Positions 17,045-25,524 of a DNA stretch of 64,000 nucleotides are shown here, piece after piece. Numbering within the stretch: the first letter of the stretch is position 1; each line of letters opens with the position of its first letter. The notes beneath the pieces are model-generated. The model was not told the DNA's origin. It did no database searches and saw only the letters and a program-made list of their open reading frames with translations. The stretch covers positions 13,838 to 77,837 of the forward strand of contig JBILFA010000002.1 in the NCBI GenBank assembly GCA_044351795.1. The letters are read 5' to 3'. This stretch comes from Bdellovibrionota bacterium (GTDB taxonomy: Bacteria; Bdellovibrionota_C; UBA2361; OMII01). The translations under genes and the position numbers were made by a program.

Positions 17045-19171
17045 CTAGGCAGCCATCTCCACGTCGTGCTTCGACTTCAAAAGCTCCAGTAGCCCAGCCA
17101 TAGCCTGATCGACCTCTTCGTGCCGGAGAGTCCGGTCAGGTCGCTGGAACGTTACTCGGTAGGTAACACGCCTGAAGTCCTCATCAGGCTTCTTAAAATC
17201 ATCGAGGATTGCGGTAGCACTCAAAGAATCCAGATTAGCGTCCTGAATTAACTTCACGACTCTGCCAGCCTGCTCCTTCGCTCCTACTTTAATAGTCATA
17301 TCGCGACAGATCGGCGGAAAATCACTGACCCCCGGGGTCTCGGTACGGCGTATGACCTTATAAAGAGCCTGCACATCGAACTCACAGTAAAACGCATCGT
17401 CCTTCAACTCGCACGCTTCGCGAATCAGCGGGTGCACCACTCCGAAGAAGCCTATGACCGAACGCCCGACCTTGATTGAGGCTTGCATCCCCGGATGCAA
17501 GAAGGCGGAATCACTCTTGCCGACCGTTAGCTCCCCACCCAAACTTCGCACTACCGCCGCAATAGCCCCCTTGAAGAGTCGCGCAGACTCTTCAAGCGAC
17601 TCCTCCTTACGCCACTCACCTTCAGACCAACGTCCGGCAAATGCCATCGTCAAGACATCACGCTCGTAGCTATACGTCATAGGCTCGCGCGGTCGCGGCT
17701 CATCAGATGGGCTCTGCTCCGGCCTTCCGAATACGTGACACAACTCGAATGCTTTTGCCGAGAGCACGCCACGCTTGCGATTCATGCTGAGCACCTTCGT
17801 CATATGAAGGATATTATTCACCTTCATGTGCGAGTTGCTCTGCTCGAGGGCATTTTTGAGAGCGATGTGCCGCGAAGTGATGCCCTTCTCGAGTGACTCG
17901 AGCACCGCTACCTCAGCAGCAGAATAGAACCCCTTAGTTATCACCTGAGTGAACCCAGTACCGCGCAACGCAGGACGGATCCGAGCAGTGAGAATTTCGA
18001 TCGGATCGGGCTCGGGAAGGTTGTATTCCAGCGCTGGCAACTCGAGCTTGACACGACTAAAACTCAAAGAGCGGGCTACATCCTCGATGATATCGTCTGA
18101 ATTACTCACATCCCACAGACGCCATGACGGCACCGTCAATGCGAATACTTTGTCTTTGCCTGATACAGATGTTTCCACTCCATACCCGAGGTTTTTGAGA
18201 CGGGCGACTATCTCGATCTCCTCTAAGCGAGGCAAGTTAACCTGCGCCCGCAACGTGCTAAGGGCAACTGACACCTTTCGCTTCTCGGGTGCCGCGGCTT
18301 CCGAGTACGTGACACCAAGGGCATGGGCCGCATCCGACACATTCACCGCACCTGCCGAACCACCGGCGAGGTACACCAAGCGCTTGAGCGCTGGCATGAT
18401 ACCCTCAGGATCGCACCCGCGCTCGAAGAAGTGAGAGGCGTCGGTGCCAAGTCCCATCGCTCGCGCAGTTATACGAACACTAACTGGATCAAATACAGCC
18501 GCCTCGACCAAGACCTTACGGGTATTTTCGGTGACCATGCTGTTGGCACATCCGATCACTCCTGCCACTGCAATAATCTTCCTACGATCGCGAATCAGGA
18601 TAGATCCCTCTGCAACCTTGTAGGTTTTACCATCAAGAGCCTCGACCTCCTCAGTCTGTGTCGCGACATCGATAACCACCTCACCATCAACCTTTTCCGC
18701 ATCGAAGGCGTGCATCGGTTGGCCGAACTCCTGCTGCACATAGTTCAAGAGGTCGACGATCGCATGGTGCTTTCCCGGCTCTTCCAAACAAGCCGCCACG
18801 TCGTTCCGCAGCGGCATAGATGACGGCAGCGTCATCTCGAGCAGGGCATACCGTAGGCATTTGTCGGTAATGCGACGAACAGGCACCCCAGCTTTTCGAT
18901 CAGGGAGTTGCCCTGCAACACTCGGCATCTTGATCTGGGCGAGTGTTCGCGCGGATATCTCGCGAGCTGCTCCCAGTGCATAGAGATGGTCTCCCCGATT
19001 AGCGAGACTCTCAATCGTAAATACGACACCGGTCTGTGGGGTGACTTCGACGCCTTTTACCTCGAGCCCAAGATCGTCCAGAAGATGACGAAGAGGAGAC
19101 TTAGCGGCGGATTCGACCGGACACTCGGGAAGCTCGATGAGCTTCTCCAGCATGCGCACATAAAGCTTCAT
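17045..19171 (-). CDS. pheT: Phenylalanine--tRNA ligase beta subunit (lacks the N-terminal OB-fold tRNA-binding domain)
   Basis: Collinear with PheT B1, B3/4, B5, catalytic-like and FDX-ACB domains. It overlaps the pheS stop by 4 nt (ATGA). After EVKGVEV it continues directly into the TIESLANRGDHLYALGAAREI block (E. coli [23 protein letters not shown]). Confidence 0.85.
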   Translation of the reverse strand: MKLYVRMLEKLIELPECPVESAAKSPLRHLLDDLGLEVKGVEVTPQTGVVFTIESLANRGDHLYALGAAREISARTLAQIKMPSVAGQLPDRKAGVPVRRITDKCLRYALLEMTLPSSMPLRNDVAACLEEPGKHHAIVDLLNYVQQEFGQPMHAFDAEKVDGEVVIDVATQTEEVEALDGKTYKVAEGSILIRDRRKIIAVAGVIGCANSMVTENTRKVLVEAAVFDPVSVRITARAMGLGTDASHFFERGCDPEGIMPALKRLVYLAGGSAGAVNVSDAAHALGVTYSEAAAPEKRKVSVALSTLRAQVNLPRLEEIEIVARLKNLGYGVETSVSGKDKVFALTVPSWRLWDVSNSDDIIEDVARSLSFSRVKLELPALEYNLPEPDPIEILTARIRPALRGTGFTQVITKGFYSAAEVAVLESLEKGITSRHIALKNALEQSNSHMKVNNILHMTKVLSMNRKRGVLSAKAFELCHVFGRPEQSPSDEPRPREPMTYSYERDVLTMAFAGRWSEGEWRKEESLEESARLFKGAIAAVVRSLGGELTVGKSDSAFLHPGMQASIKVGRSVIGFFGVVHPLIREACELKDDAFYCEFDVQALYKVIRRTETPGVSDFPPICRDMTIKVGAKEQAGRVVKLIQDANLDSLSATAILDDFKKPDEDFRRVTYRVTFQRPDRTLRHEEVDQAMAGLLELLKSKHDVEMAA

Positions 19172-20223
19172 ACTATCTCCTTAAGAACTCGAAGATCGTT
19201 CTCATAAACCGCCCGAAGGTGCGGGAAATTATACATCTGCGCTGCCAGCCGCGATGTGCCTAATCCGAAGGCGAAGCCAGACACCTTTTGCGGATCGAAC
19301 TTGAACTCCGTGAGCACGTTTCGATGCACCATTCCTGCACCACCCACCGTCGCCCATCCGGCTCCTCCGCACGCTCCGCATCCGTCGCCTTTGCACACGG
19401 AACAATCAATTTGAGGACCGAGGCTCGGTTCCGTATACGGATAGAACTTCGGCACAAATCGCACCTTTCGGCGCTTGCCGTAGAGCTCCTTCAGAATGTG
19501 GGTAATTAGCCCCATCAAATGCGCCAGGGTAAGCCCTGGTTCAATCCAAACCAACTCATACTGATGAAACATCGCCTGATGCGAGGCGTCCTCCGTCTCG
19601 TTGCGATAGACACGGCCGAGCGAAGCCACCTTTATCGGAAGCCGATTGTTCTCAAAGAGTTGTCGTTCCTGGAGCACACGTGCCTGAACCGAGGTGGTGT
19701 GCGTGCGAAGTACGTGTCCGGTTTCAGTGTAAAAAGTATCCTGCATGTCCCGGGCCGGGTGATGCTTGGGGATATTGAGAGAGTCGAAGCAGTAGTAATC
19801 TGTTTCAACCTCTGGACCGCTGATGTTTTGGAACCCGAAGGGACGCAGGATCTCGGTGATGCGCTCCTCGATAATGGTCACGGGGTGCACAGCACCAAAC
19901 CCAGGCGAGGCCTCAGGCAAGGAGAGATCCAAGAACTGCTCGTTGAGCTTGCGCTTGAGTGCAGTGCTCTTGAACACTGCCTCCTTCGAATCGATTCCCG
20001 ATTCCACCTTGCTCTTGAGATCGTTGAGAAGGGCGGCTACTGCCGGCTTCTCCTCGGGTGCCACATCCCGCAAGCCCTTGAAGAGCTCCTTCACGAGCCC
20101 CTCTTTTCCCAACCAATCCCGTCTGAGAACTTCGAGATCTTCAGGCCGATCTACGGCTCCGATCTCCTTGGCAAAACGAGATCCCAGCTCCGCAATATGC
20201 GTTTGTGAGAGGTCAGCCCTCAT
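19168..20223 (-). CDS. pheS: Phenylalanine--tRNA ligase alpha subunit
   Basis: HPVT...FGF...GPEVETDYYCFDSLNIPKHHPARDMQDTFY, plus class II motifs 2 and 3 (FRNE-like YRNETEDASHQAMFHQ; GFAFGLGTSRLA). The start was set at the ATG at 20223 (GGAG 4 nt upstream); the ORF track starts at a GTG 15 codons earlier. Confidence 0.85.
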   Translation of the reverse strand: MRADLSQTHIAELGSRFAKEIGAVDRPEDLEVLRRDWLGKEGLVKELFKGLRDVAPEEKPAVAALLNDLKSKVESGIDSKEAVFKSTALKRKLNEQFLDLSLPEASPGFGAVHPVTIIEERITEILRPFGFQNISGPEVETDYYCFDSLNIPKHHPARDMQDTFYTETGHVLRTHTTSVQARVLQERQLFENNRLPIKVASLGRVYRNETEDASHQAMFHQYELVWIEPGLTLAHLMGLITHILKELYGKRRKVRFVPKFYPYTEPSLGPQIDCSVCKGDGCGACGGAGWATVGGAGMVHRNVLTEFKFDPQKVSGFAFGLGTSRLAAQMYNFPHLRAVYENDLRVLKEIV

Positions 20224-20368
20224 AGCTCTCCATATACACTCGTGTTCGTTTGCGTCTATGCTCGGCACATCCAGCCGAGCAACTGCGCTTTCGGGACGAT
20301 CCCGATTGCACTCCTAGCCGGTAGAATTTAGGCTAAAGCCCTCCTAGGGTAAAGCGTATCATTAGCTT

Positions 20369-21559
20369 ATGAATAAAGTCCCTGTATCCCCCCGTTTAGC
20401 GGTGTTTCTCATAGTCCTCTTGGACATCATGGGGGTTGGTCTGATTATCCCGGTCCAGCCGTTTCTGGCGCAGCATTTTGGAGCCACCACGACCGTGGTG
20501 ACTCTCTTGGGTACCACCTATTCGCTGATGCAGTTCGCCTGGGCACCCTTATGGGGAGGACTCTCCGATCGTCTTGGGCGTAAGCCTGTGCTCCTGTTGA
20601 CTATCGTAACAACCCTCGCAGGCCACCTTGCTTTCGCTGCATCTAACTCACTACTAGCCCTCTTCGCCGCTCGCGCACTCGCTGGCATCGGTGCTGCCAA
20701 CATCGCCACTGCGCAAGCCGTCCTCTCTGACACTCATGCTCCGTCGGAACGAAGCAGAGCCATGGCTCTCATCGGGGTAGCGTTTGGAGTTGGATTCATA
20801 CTTGGCCCTTTGCTCGGAGGACTGTTGAGCCAGCTCGATTACCGAGCACCGGCGATATTCGCTGCTCTCTTGGCGCTGCTAAACACCCTCTTTGTCGCAT
20901 TCAGGTTGCAAGAAACCCGTGTGGCGACTCACCATGATGCCGCCCCACGTCTCAGGCTGCGTACGATGTTTTCAGCCTCTGGGGAACTTCAGCAACTGAT
21001 ACTAACCACACTCTTCACCATGACAGCATTCTCAATAATGGAGCAAAGCATAAGCCTCTACATCGGTATGCACTGGGTCCCGGAAGAGTCGACACAAAGG
21101 ATAAAACTAGCCAGCCGTTTCACCAGCATTTACCTGGTGACCGTTGGAATTACCGCAATCTTCGTTCAGGGCTTTCTCGTTCGGCGGTGGCTAAAATCCA
21201 CAGCCGAACTACCGATCGTTCGTGTCGGCCTCGCTACACTGGTGCTAAGCCTGCTTCTCGTTCCGTTCCTGGGATCGATAGGAAGTTTTAACCTCTTCCT
21301 TGTCTCGGGCGCTGCGCTCGCGCTCGGAAGCGGGCTTTTCAATCCCTCGATGGCGGGACTGGTATCGAAAAGCTGCTCAGAAGAGAATCAAGGACTGGGA
21401 CTGGCTATGAATCAGTCCGCTGTGGCGCTTGGCCGAATCATCGGCCCAACAGTGGCAGGAGCCCTGCTGACTACGAGCTCTGCTGCACCGTTTGTCACAG
21501 GCGCACTCCTGACATCGTGCGCTCTTCTCGTCTCTTTGAAATTGAGCGTCAATCGTTGA
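20369..21559 (+). CDS. MFS transporter (drug:H+ antiporter / Tet-like subfamily)
   Basis: About 12 predicted TM segments. The MFS motif A-like GGLSDRLGRKPVLL lies between TM2 and TM3. Confidence 0.8.
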   Translation: MNKVPVSPRLAVFLIVLLDIMGVGLIIPVQPFLAQHFGATTTVVTLLGTTYSLMQFAWAPLWGGLSDRLGRKPVLLLTIVTTLAGHLAFAASNSLLALFAARALAGIGAANIATAQAVLSDTHAPSERSRAMALIGVAFGVGFILGPLLGGLLSQLDYRAPAIFAALLALLNTLFVAFRLQETRVATHHDAAPRLRLRTMFSASGELQQLILTTLFTMTAFSIMEQSISLYIGMHWVPEESTQRIKLASRFTSIYLVTVGITAIFVQGFLVRRWLKSTAELPIVRVGLATLVLSLLLVPFLGSIGSFNLFLVSGAALALGSGLFNPSMAGLVSKSCSEENQGLGLAMNQSAVALGRIIGPTVAGALLTTSSAAPFVTGALLTSCALLVSLKLSVNR

Positions 21560-22003
21560 CGGCACGCTTCGCAGGAGCTCCCTCTTCTCGGTCTGGATTG
21601 TCGAGAAGGGAGAGAAAGAGTCGTAATTTCACCTCCTCGAAACCGCCCACTACTCTCTCTTCAGGAGCCTGACTTTGTAGACGACGATATTCCTGTTGCA
21701 GATACAAGCGATAGTCTTCAGAGGAATCGTTCTTGGTCCAGCCCAACAGTTTCATAGTATCCACTCACAGAAGCGCCGCTTTCGGCTAATATTTGTAGTG
21801 GCCTCTCATTTGAGGCCTAATTAGTTTAAGTAACCTAAATTAAGCCTACAGCTATCTGTATGAGATAGGTCATTACCTCCACTACGCGGCTTCGTAGCTG
21901 TGGCTACGAACTCGCGATCCGTCCTAGCGAGGTAACAAGACCTCTGAAAGCTCGGCGAGCAACAACAGAACTCGTGTCAACAGACTTTATTATCATCACC
22001 CTA

Positions 22004-22573
22004 TTAGGCAGCTAGATGCTGACCAAGCGCAGTATATTCCGTTGATTGGAGTGACTTCATATTCTCACTCAACTGAGACAACAGGTGCTGTATCGCATCG
22101 AGAGATTCAACTGCCGAACCGTTGAAGGTGAAGCGAAATTGAACGGTATTGATTGCGTTCTCGCTAAAACAGAGCACCACGGGACCGGGGCGCTTTCGCT
22201 CTGGATTCGTCCTCAAAATCAACCGGCGCGCGACCGAGATTCCGCCGGAATCAACACCGAACATCTCGGTCAACCATTCGGGTTGTTTACTCAGGGCATA
22301 ATCGAGAGAGGCCGCAAAGCTTCCCTTACCCCCCACCAACTGATGCCCAATCCCGGCAGAACGAGCCACCTGCACCGATCCGGTCTTGAGAGCCAGTATA
22401 GCGAGAGCTTTTACAGCAGTCGTCCACTGGAAAGACCCGACATTTTTGAAGGCTCCTGCCGTTTTTCCTCTGACGCTCCGCCTTTGGATTCCAAGACGAG
22501 TGTCTGAAAAACAGGCCTCTACCAATTCGATGTTAGTATCTCCGGCAAAATGTAAATTAAACGACCTTTGCAT
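22004..22573 (-). CDS. Uncharacterised protein, member 1 of a three-copy paralogous family in this window
   Basis: 189 aa. The AAGGAGG Shine-Dalgarno lies 9 nt before the ATG. It shares the motifs RGKTAGAf..vGsFqWttAV.A, AASLDYAL(S/T)KQP.W..EMFGV.S.G and N..RKR.GPV with ORFs 59858-60436 and 60557-62095. No known family was recognised. Confidence 0.7.
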   Translation of the reverse strand: MQRSFNLHFAGDTNIELVEACFSDTRLGIQRRSVRGKTAGAFKNVGSFQWTTAVKALAILALKTGSVQVARSAGIGHQLVGGKGSFAASLDYALSKQPEWLTEMFGVDSGGISVARRLILRTNPERKRPGPVVLCFSENAINTVQFRFTFNGSAVESLDAIQHLLSQLSENMKSLQSTEYTALGQHLAA

Positions 22574-22866
22574 AGTATGCAGCCTCCTTGCTCAGACTTT
22601 AACTCTGAGGACTATACCGGAACCCATCAGTCGAGCCGGGGGGATACGTTTTCAGAAACGGAGTCGGAAGTAATAGCGCGCAAGCTTTCAGAAGCCGCTG
22701 TCCGAGCTTGGCAGACTGCAATCAAAAGTCGTTTAACATTTATCCGCGTAACTCAAAGACGGGGGTTCTGTCTGGTTGCTTCAAGACCACATTCGGCACT
22801 CTTCCCCGTCTCTTCGGAGACTGTAACGCAACCTGTGGATGATCGTTCATTGCACGTGAGCATGCT

Positions 22867-22921
22867 CGTGAACGTAAACGTACCCGAAAGTGCTTAGATT
22901 CCGGGTAGGCGCACGTTCACG
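22867..22921. repeat. Copy B of the repeated element core, here as an imperfect hairpin
   Basis: CGTGAACGTaaacgTACCCG-15 nt-CGGGTAggcgcACGTTCACG has a 9-bp outer stem and a 6-bp inner stem. 22867-22889 matches 5321-5343 with 2 mismatches. Confidence 0.65.
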
Positions 22922-23102
22922 TGCAGGTGCACGGTCCATACACACTTTCTGTTACAGCCTCTCTCTTTCGCAGAATGACGGCACCCTATGGGTGACACTT
23001 TAGTCCGATTGCCCCACAAGCTCCCTGCCCACGGGAATGGAGGTCAAATGGCCCTGATGAGGATCAGCCGCTAAAGGTAGCTCTGGAGATATTATTGAAA
23101 TT

Positions 23103-23369
23103 ATGGAAACACAAAGACCTACACCACTCTTCGCCGCTGCCGTATTGTTATTGTTCCTTACCGCAGGATGCGCCAGTAATTCTGCGCTTTCGAAGGTGCA
23201 GAACGAAGCACGCACAGCACAAAGCACGGCGGACATGGCGCTCTCAACCGCTCAAAACGCGCTCTCCACCGCACAACATGCGCAGTCTCTCTCGGATCAA
23301 GCAAACGAAAGAGCCTTGCGGTCAGAGGAGGCCGTCAATCGAGGATTTCGATACTCGATGCGTAAGTAG
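23103..23369 (+). CDS. Braun-lipoprotein (Lpp)-like small outer-membrane lipoprotein
   Basis: Lipobox LFLTAGC|AS. The mature part is an alanine/glutamine-rich heptad coiled coil (SKVQNEARTAQSTADMALSTAQNALSTAQHAQSLSDQANERA). The C-terminus is ...RYSMRK, with a terminal Lys as in E. coli Lpp (...TKYRK). Confidence 0.7.
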   Translation: METQRPTPLFAAAVLLLFLTAGCASNSALSKVQNEARTAQSTADMALSTAQNALSTAQHAQSLSDQANERALRSEEAVNRGFRYSMRK

Positions 23370-23464
23370 CCGCTAACAACAAACGCCGTAGCCCGACTCC
23401 CCCAGTTCCTCGGACTATGTCCACGAACTGCCTGGAATCGTTCTACGGCGTCATAATTGAGGAA

Positions 23465-23487
23465 ATCCTAAGATAAAGACTTAGGAT
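23465..23487. terminator. Hairpin between convergent genes (Lpp-like gene and DEAD-box-like gene)
   Basis: ATCCTAAG-ataaaga-CTTAGGAT (8-bp stem) is flanked by GGAA/TTTCC. It sits in the 127-nt convergent intergenic gap and has no strong U-run. Confidence 0.35.
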
Positions 23488-23496
23488 ACCCTTTCC

Positions 23497-25524
23497 TTAC
23501 GGCTGATCGTCTACCGCAAGCATTGTTGGACCCTCATCACCGCTGTCCTCGTGTGAAGCATGAGCTCCCTCATGTTCTTCGTACGAGGCACCCTCATGAG
23601 CGGAAGATCCTTCTTCTGCCACACCCTCACGAGGAATCGAGAGTGTCACGGCCTTCTTGACGAAGTACTTCTCACCCGAACCTGAAGCTTCGTGTTCACC
23701 GAGCTTGTCAATCACTTGGTTAGCAATTGCCTCAGGCACATCGATGAACGAGTAAAACTCACGAACGCTTACACGGTGAACATCAGAAGCCTCTACTCCA
23801 CAAAGACTAACGACATCCTGAGTCAGCCCGGCATCGGAGACACCGTGGTTCTTTCCTACACCGACATAGAGGCGAGCTTCCTTGTCTACTACCATCGGCT
23901 TACGTGGCTGCCGTGGCTGTCGCTCACGCTGCTCTCCACGCTCACCGTCTCCGCCGCGACGCCCACCACGCCGACCTTGTGTACCCTCTTCGGAATGAGC
24001 CTCGTAACCATCTCCTCCATCCCGATCGTATGAATCGGGCGAGCGTTCCTGAGAACGTCCACCACGGCGCCCACGATTACCCCGCGAATCACGCGAATCT
24101 CTGGAGTCACGCGAATCTCTCGATTCACGGGAATCCCTGTCGCGATCCCGCCCCTGTGGACCACGCCCGCCGCGTCGATCTCCGCCCTGAGGCTGCCGGC
24201 CCTCATCCTCCTCTTCGTCGTACTCCTGCACCTCATCGCGCGATGATGCCGCTGACTTGAGAGCCGGAATGACCGACAGAGTGTTGAAAATCAAGAGGGC
24301 CGCCACATCGCGAACCTTCTCATCGGCAAGTATTTTGTCGACCATGGCTGCGATGCCGGAGTCGTTGATGAGCGCCTTGTCGACCGCTTGCTCACGAAGC
24401 TGCTCAAACTTACCGAGAAAGAGTTGCTCAGGAGCAGGAAGCTCACCCTGTACAAACTCGAGCTTGCCGAGCTTCTTGAGGTAGTGGAAGTTCGAGATGT
24501 CCAGCGCTGCCACCAAGCTGATGACCTTCTTGGTCTGACTCTCCGGGCCCGCCGAATACCGATGAAAGTACACCTCTGGGTCGCTTGGAATGGAGTAGTT
24601 TACAACCACAGCGAAATCGTCGAGAGGAACGCCTCGTGCTGCCACATCGGTTAAAACGAGAACCGTAATCTCCTTCTTCTGAAGCTGCTGTATCGCTTTG
24701 CTCAACTTGAGTTGAGGAACGTACCCAATCAGCTTCATCGAGGCGATACCGCGCTTTCTGAGGATTACATCCGCAAAATCTGCGTCTGATGGCGAGTTAC
24801 AGAAAACTATACATGAATTCCCCCCCTCAAGTTCTATCAGATCACAGAGGGCCTGAGGCTTTGCCAAAAGGGATGTTTCAACTTCGTAATAAACGTGCTC
24901 CATATTCTGCACTGCTACTCCTTTAATCGAACAAGATTGCGGCTCTTTGAGAAATCTCCTGCTCAATGCGGAGATATTCAAAGAGGGCTCAGAACCAATT
25001 AATACAATCTGCGCTTCCGGATTGGACTCTCGGAAACCAAGCAAACACGACTCGAGCTCAGACAGTGACCCGTGCGAAAGAATCGAATCAACGCTGTCTA
25101 CAACACAACGATCTACCACTATCGATGCTGCTTTCGTCTTGAGAAACGCTACTACCGTGGAGGCAGAGGCAATCACACAAGCGCCTTCGGATACGAATGC
25201 GCCTTTGAGATTCTCAGGAGCAGGTGCCACGAGCGCATCTACTGAGAGAGCCTTCAACGAAGCCGCGATCCTTTCACCCTCCTCGGTAGATCCACATACT
25301 ATCAGAGCCTTCCCTGCGACTGCGGATAACCAAGCGCCGTACACAGCGGTACGCTCCGAGCCGGCAGCCGCGTACAGCTGAACGTCTCCTTCCTTTCCGA
25401 GATTCTCCAGTACTGCGATTTTCGCCTCACACGGCTCTTTACCATCGCTGCTCTGAAGTTTCGCTTTCGCTGCTTCGACGATCTGATTGGCTTCGTCGCT
25501 GCTGCGTGCTCCCATTACTGCCAT
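23497..25524 (-). CDS. DEAD-box helicase-like protein with degenerate ATPase motifs, an RG/SRD-rich linker and a C-terminal DbpA-type RNA-binding domain
   Basis: Collinear with DeaD/CsdA, but motif I is AAAGSERT, Ia is GSTEEG, TPGR is SAST, II is VVDSVD, III is GSE and VI is HRYSAGPESQ. Domain 2 (TDVAARGVPLDDFAVVVNYSIPSDPEVYFHR) and the C-terminal RBD (ARLYVGVGKNHGVSDAGLTQDVVSLCG...VSVREFYSFIDVP) are well preserved. The start was set at the ATG at 25524, 4 nt after AGGAGG. Confidence 0.8.
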   Translation of the reverse strand: MAVMGARSSDEANQIVEAAKAKLQSSDGKEPCEAKIAVLENLGKEGDVQLYAAAGSERTAVYGAWLSAVAGKALIVCGSTEEGERIAASLKALSVDALVAPAPENLKGAFVSEGACVIASASTVVAFLKTKAASIVVDRCVVDSVDSILSHGSLSELESCLLGFRESNPEAQIVLIGSEPSLNISALSRRFLKEPQSCSIKGVAVQNMEHVYYEVETSLLAKPQALCDLIELEGGNSCIVFCNSPSDADFADVILRKRGIASMKLIGYVPQLKLSKAIQQLQKKEITVLVLTDVAARGVPLDDFAVVVNYSIPSDPEVYFHRYSAGPESQTKKVISLVAALDISNFHYLKKLGKLEFVQGELPAPEQLFLGKFEQLREQAVDKALINDSGIAAMVDKILADEKVRDVAALLIFNTLSVIPALKSAASSRDEVQEYDEEEDEGRQPQGGDRRGGRGPQGRDRDRDSRESRDSRDSRDSRDSRGNRGRRGGRSQERSPDSYDRDGGDGYEAHSEEGTQGRRGGRRGGDGERGEQRERQPRQPRKPMVVDKEARLYVGVGKNHGVSDAGLTQDVVSLCGVEASDVHRVSVREFYSFIDVPEAIANQVIDKLGEHEASGSGEKYFVKKAVTLSIPREGVAEEGSSAHEGASYEEHEGAHASHEDSGDEGPTMLAVDDQP
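24084..24150 (-). repeat. In-frame 9/18-nt tandem repeat encoding (SRD/SRE)n inside the helicase-like gene
   Basis: On the minus strand: TCGAGAGAT TCGCGTGAC TCCAGAGAT TCGCGTGAT, preceded by CGGGATCGCGACAGGGAT. This encodes RDRDRDSRESRDSRDSRDSRDSRG. Confidence 0.8.

Noticed and set aside
21549-21764. 71-aa minus-strand ORF overlapping the 3-prime end of the MFS transporter gene
   Set aside because: There is no convincing Shine-Dalgarno and no recognisable motif, and it overlaps a confident CDS. I cannot separate it from chance.
22004-22573. Possible PilZ (c-di-GMP binding) assignment for the paralog family, based on RRSVR (RxxxR) in member 1
   Set aside because: The RxxxR motif is not conserved in members 2 and 3 (CVRGK, RCARGR), and no D/NxSxxG motif follows at the expected distance.
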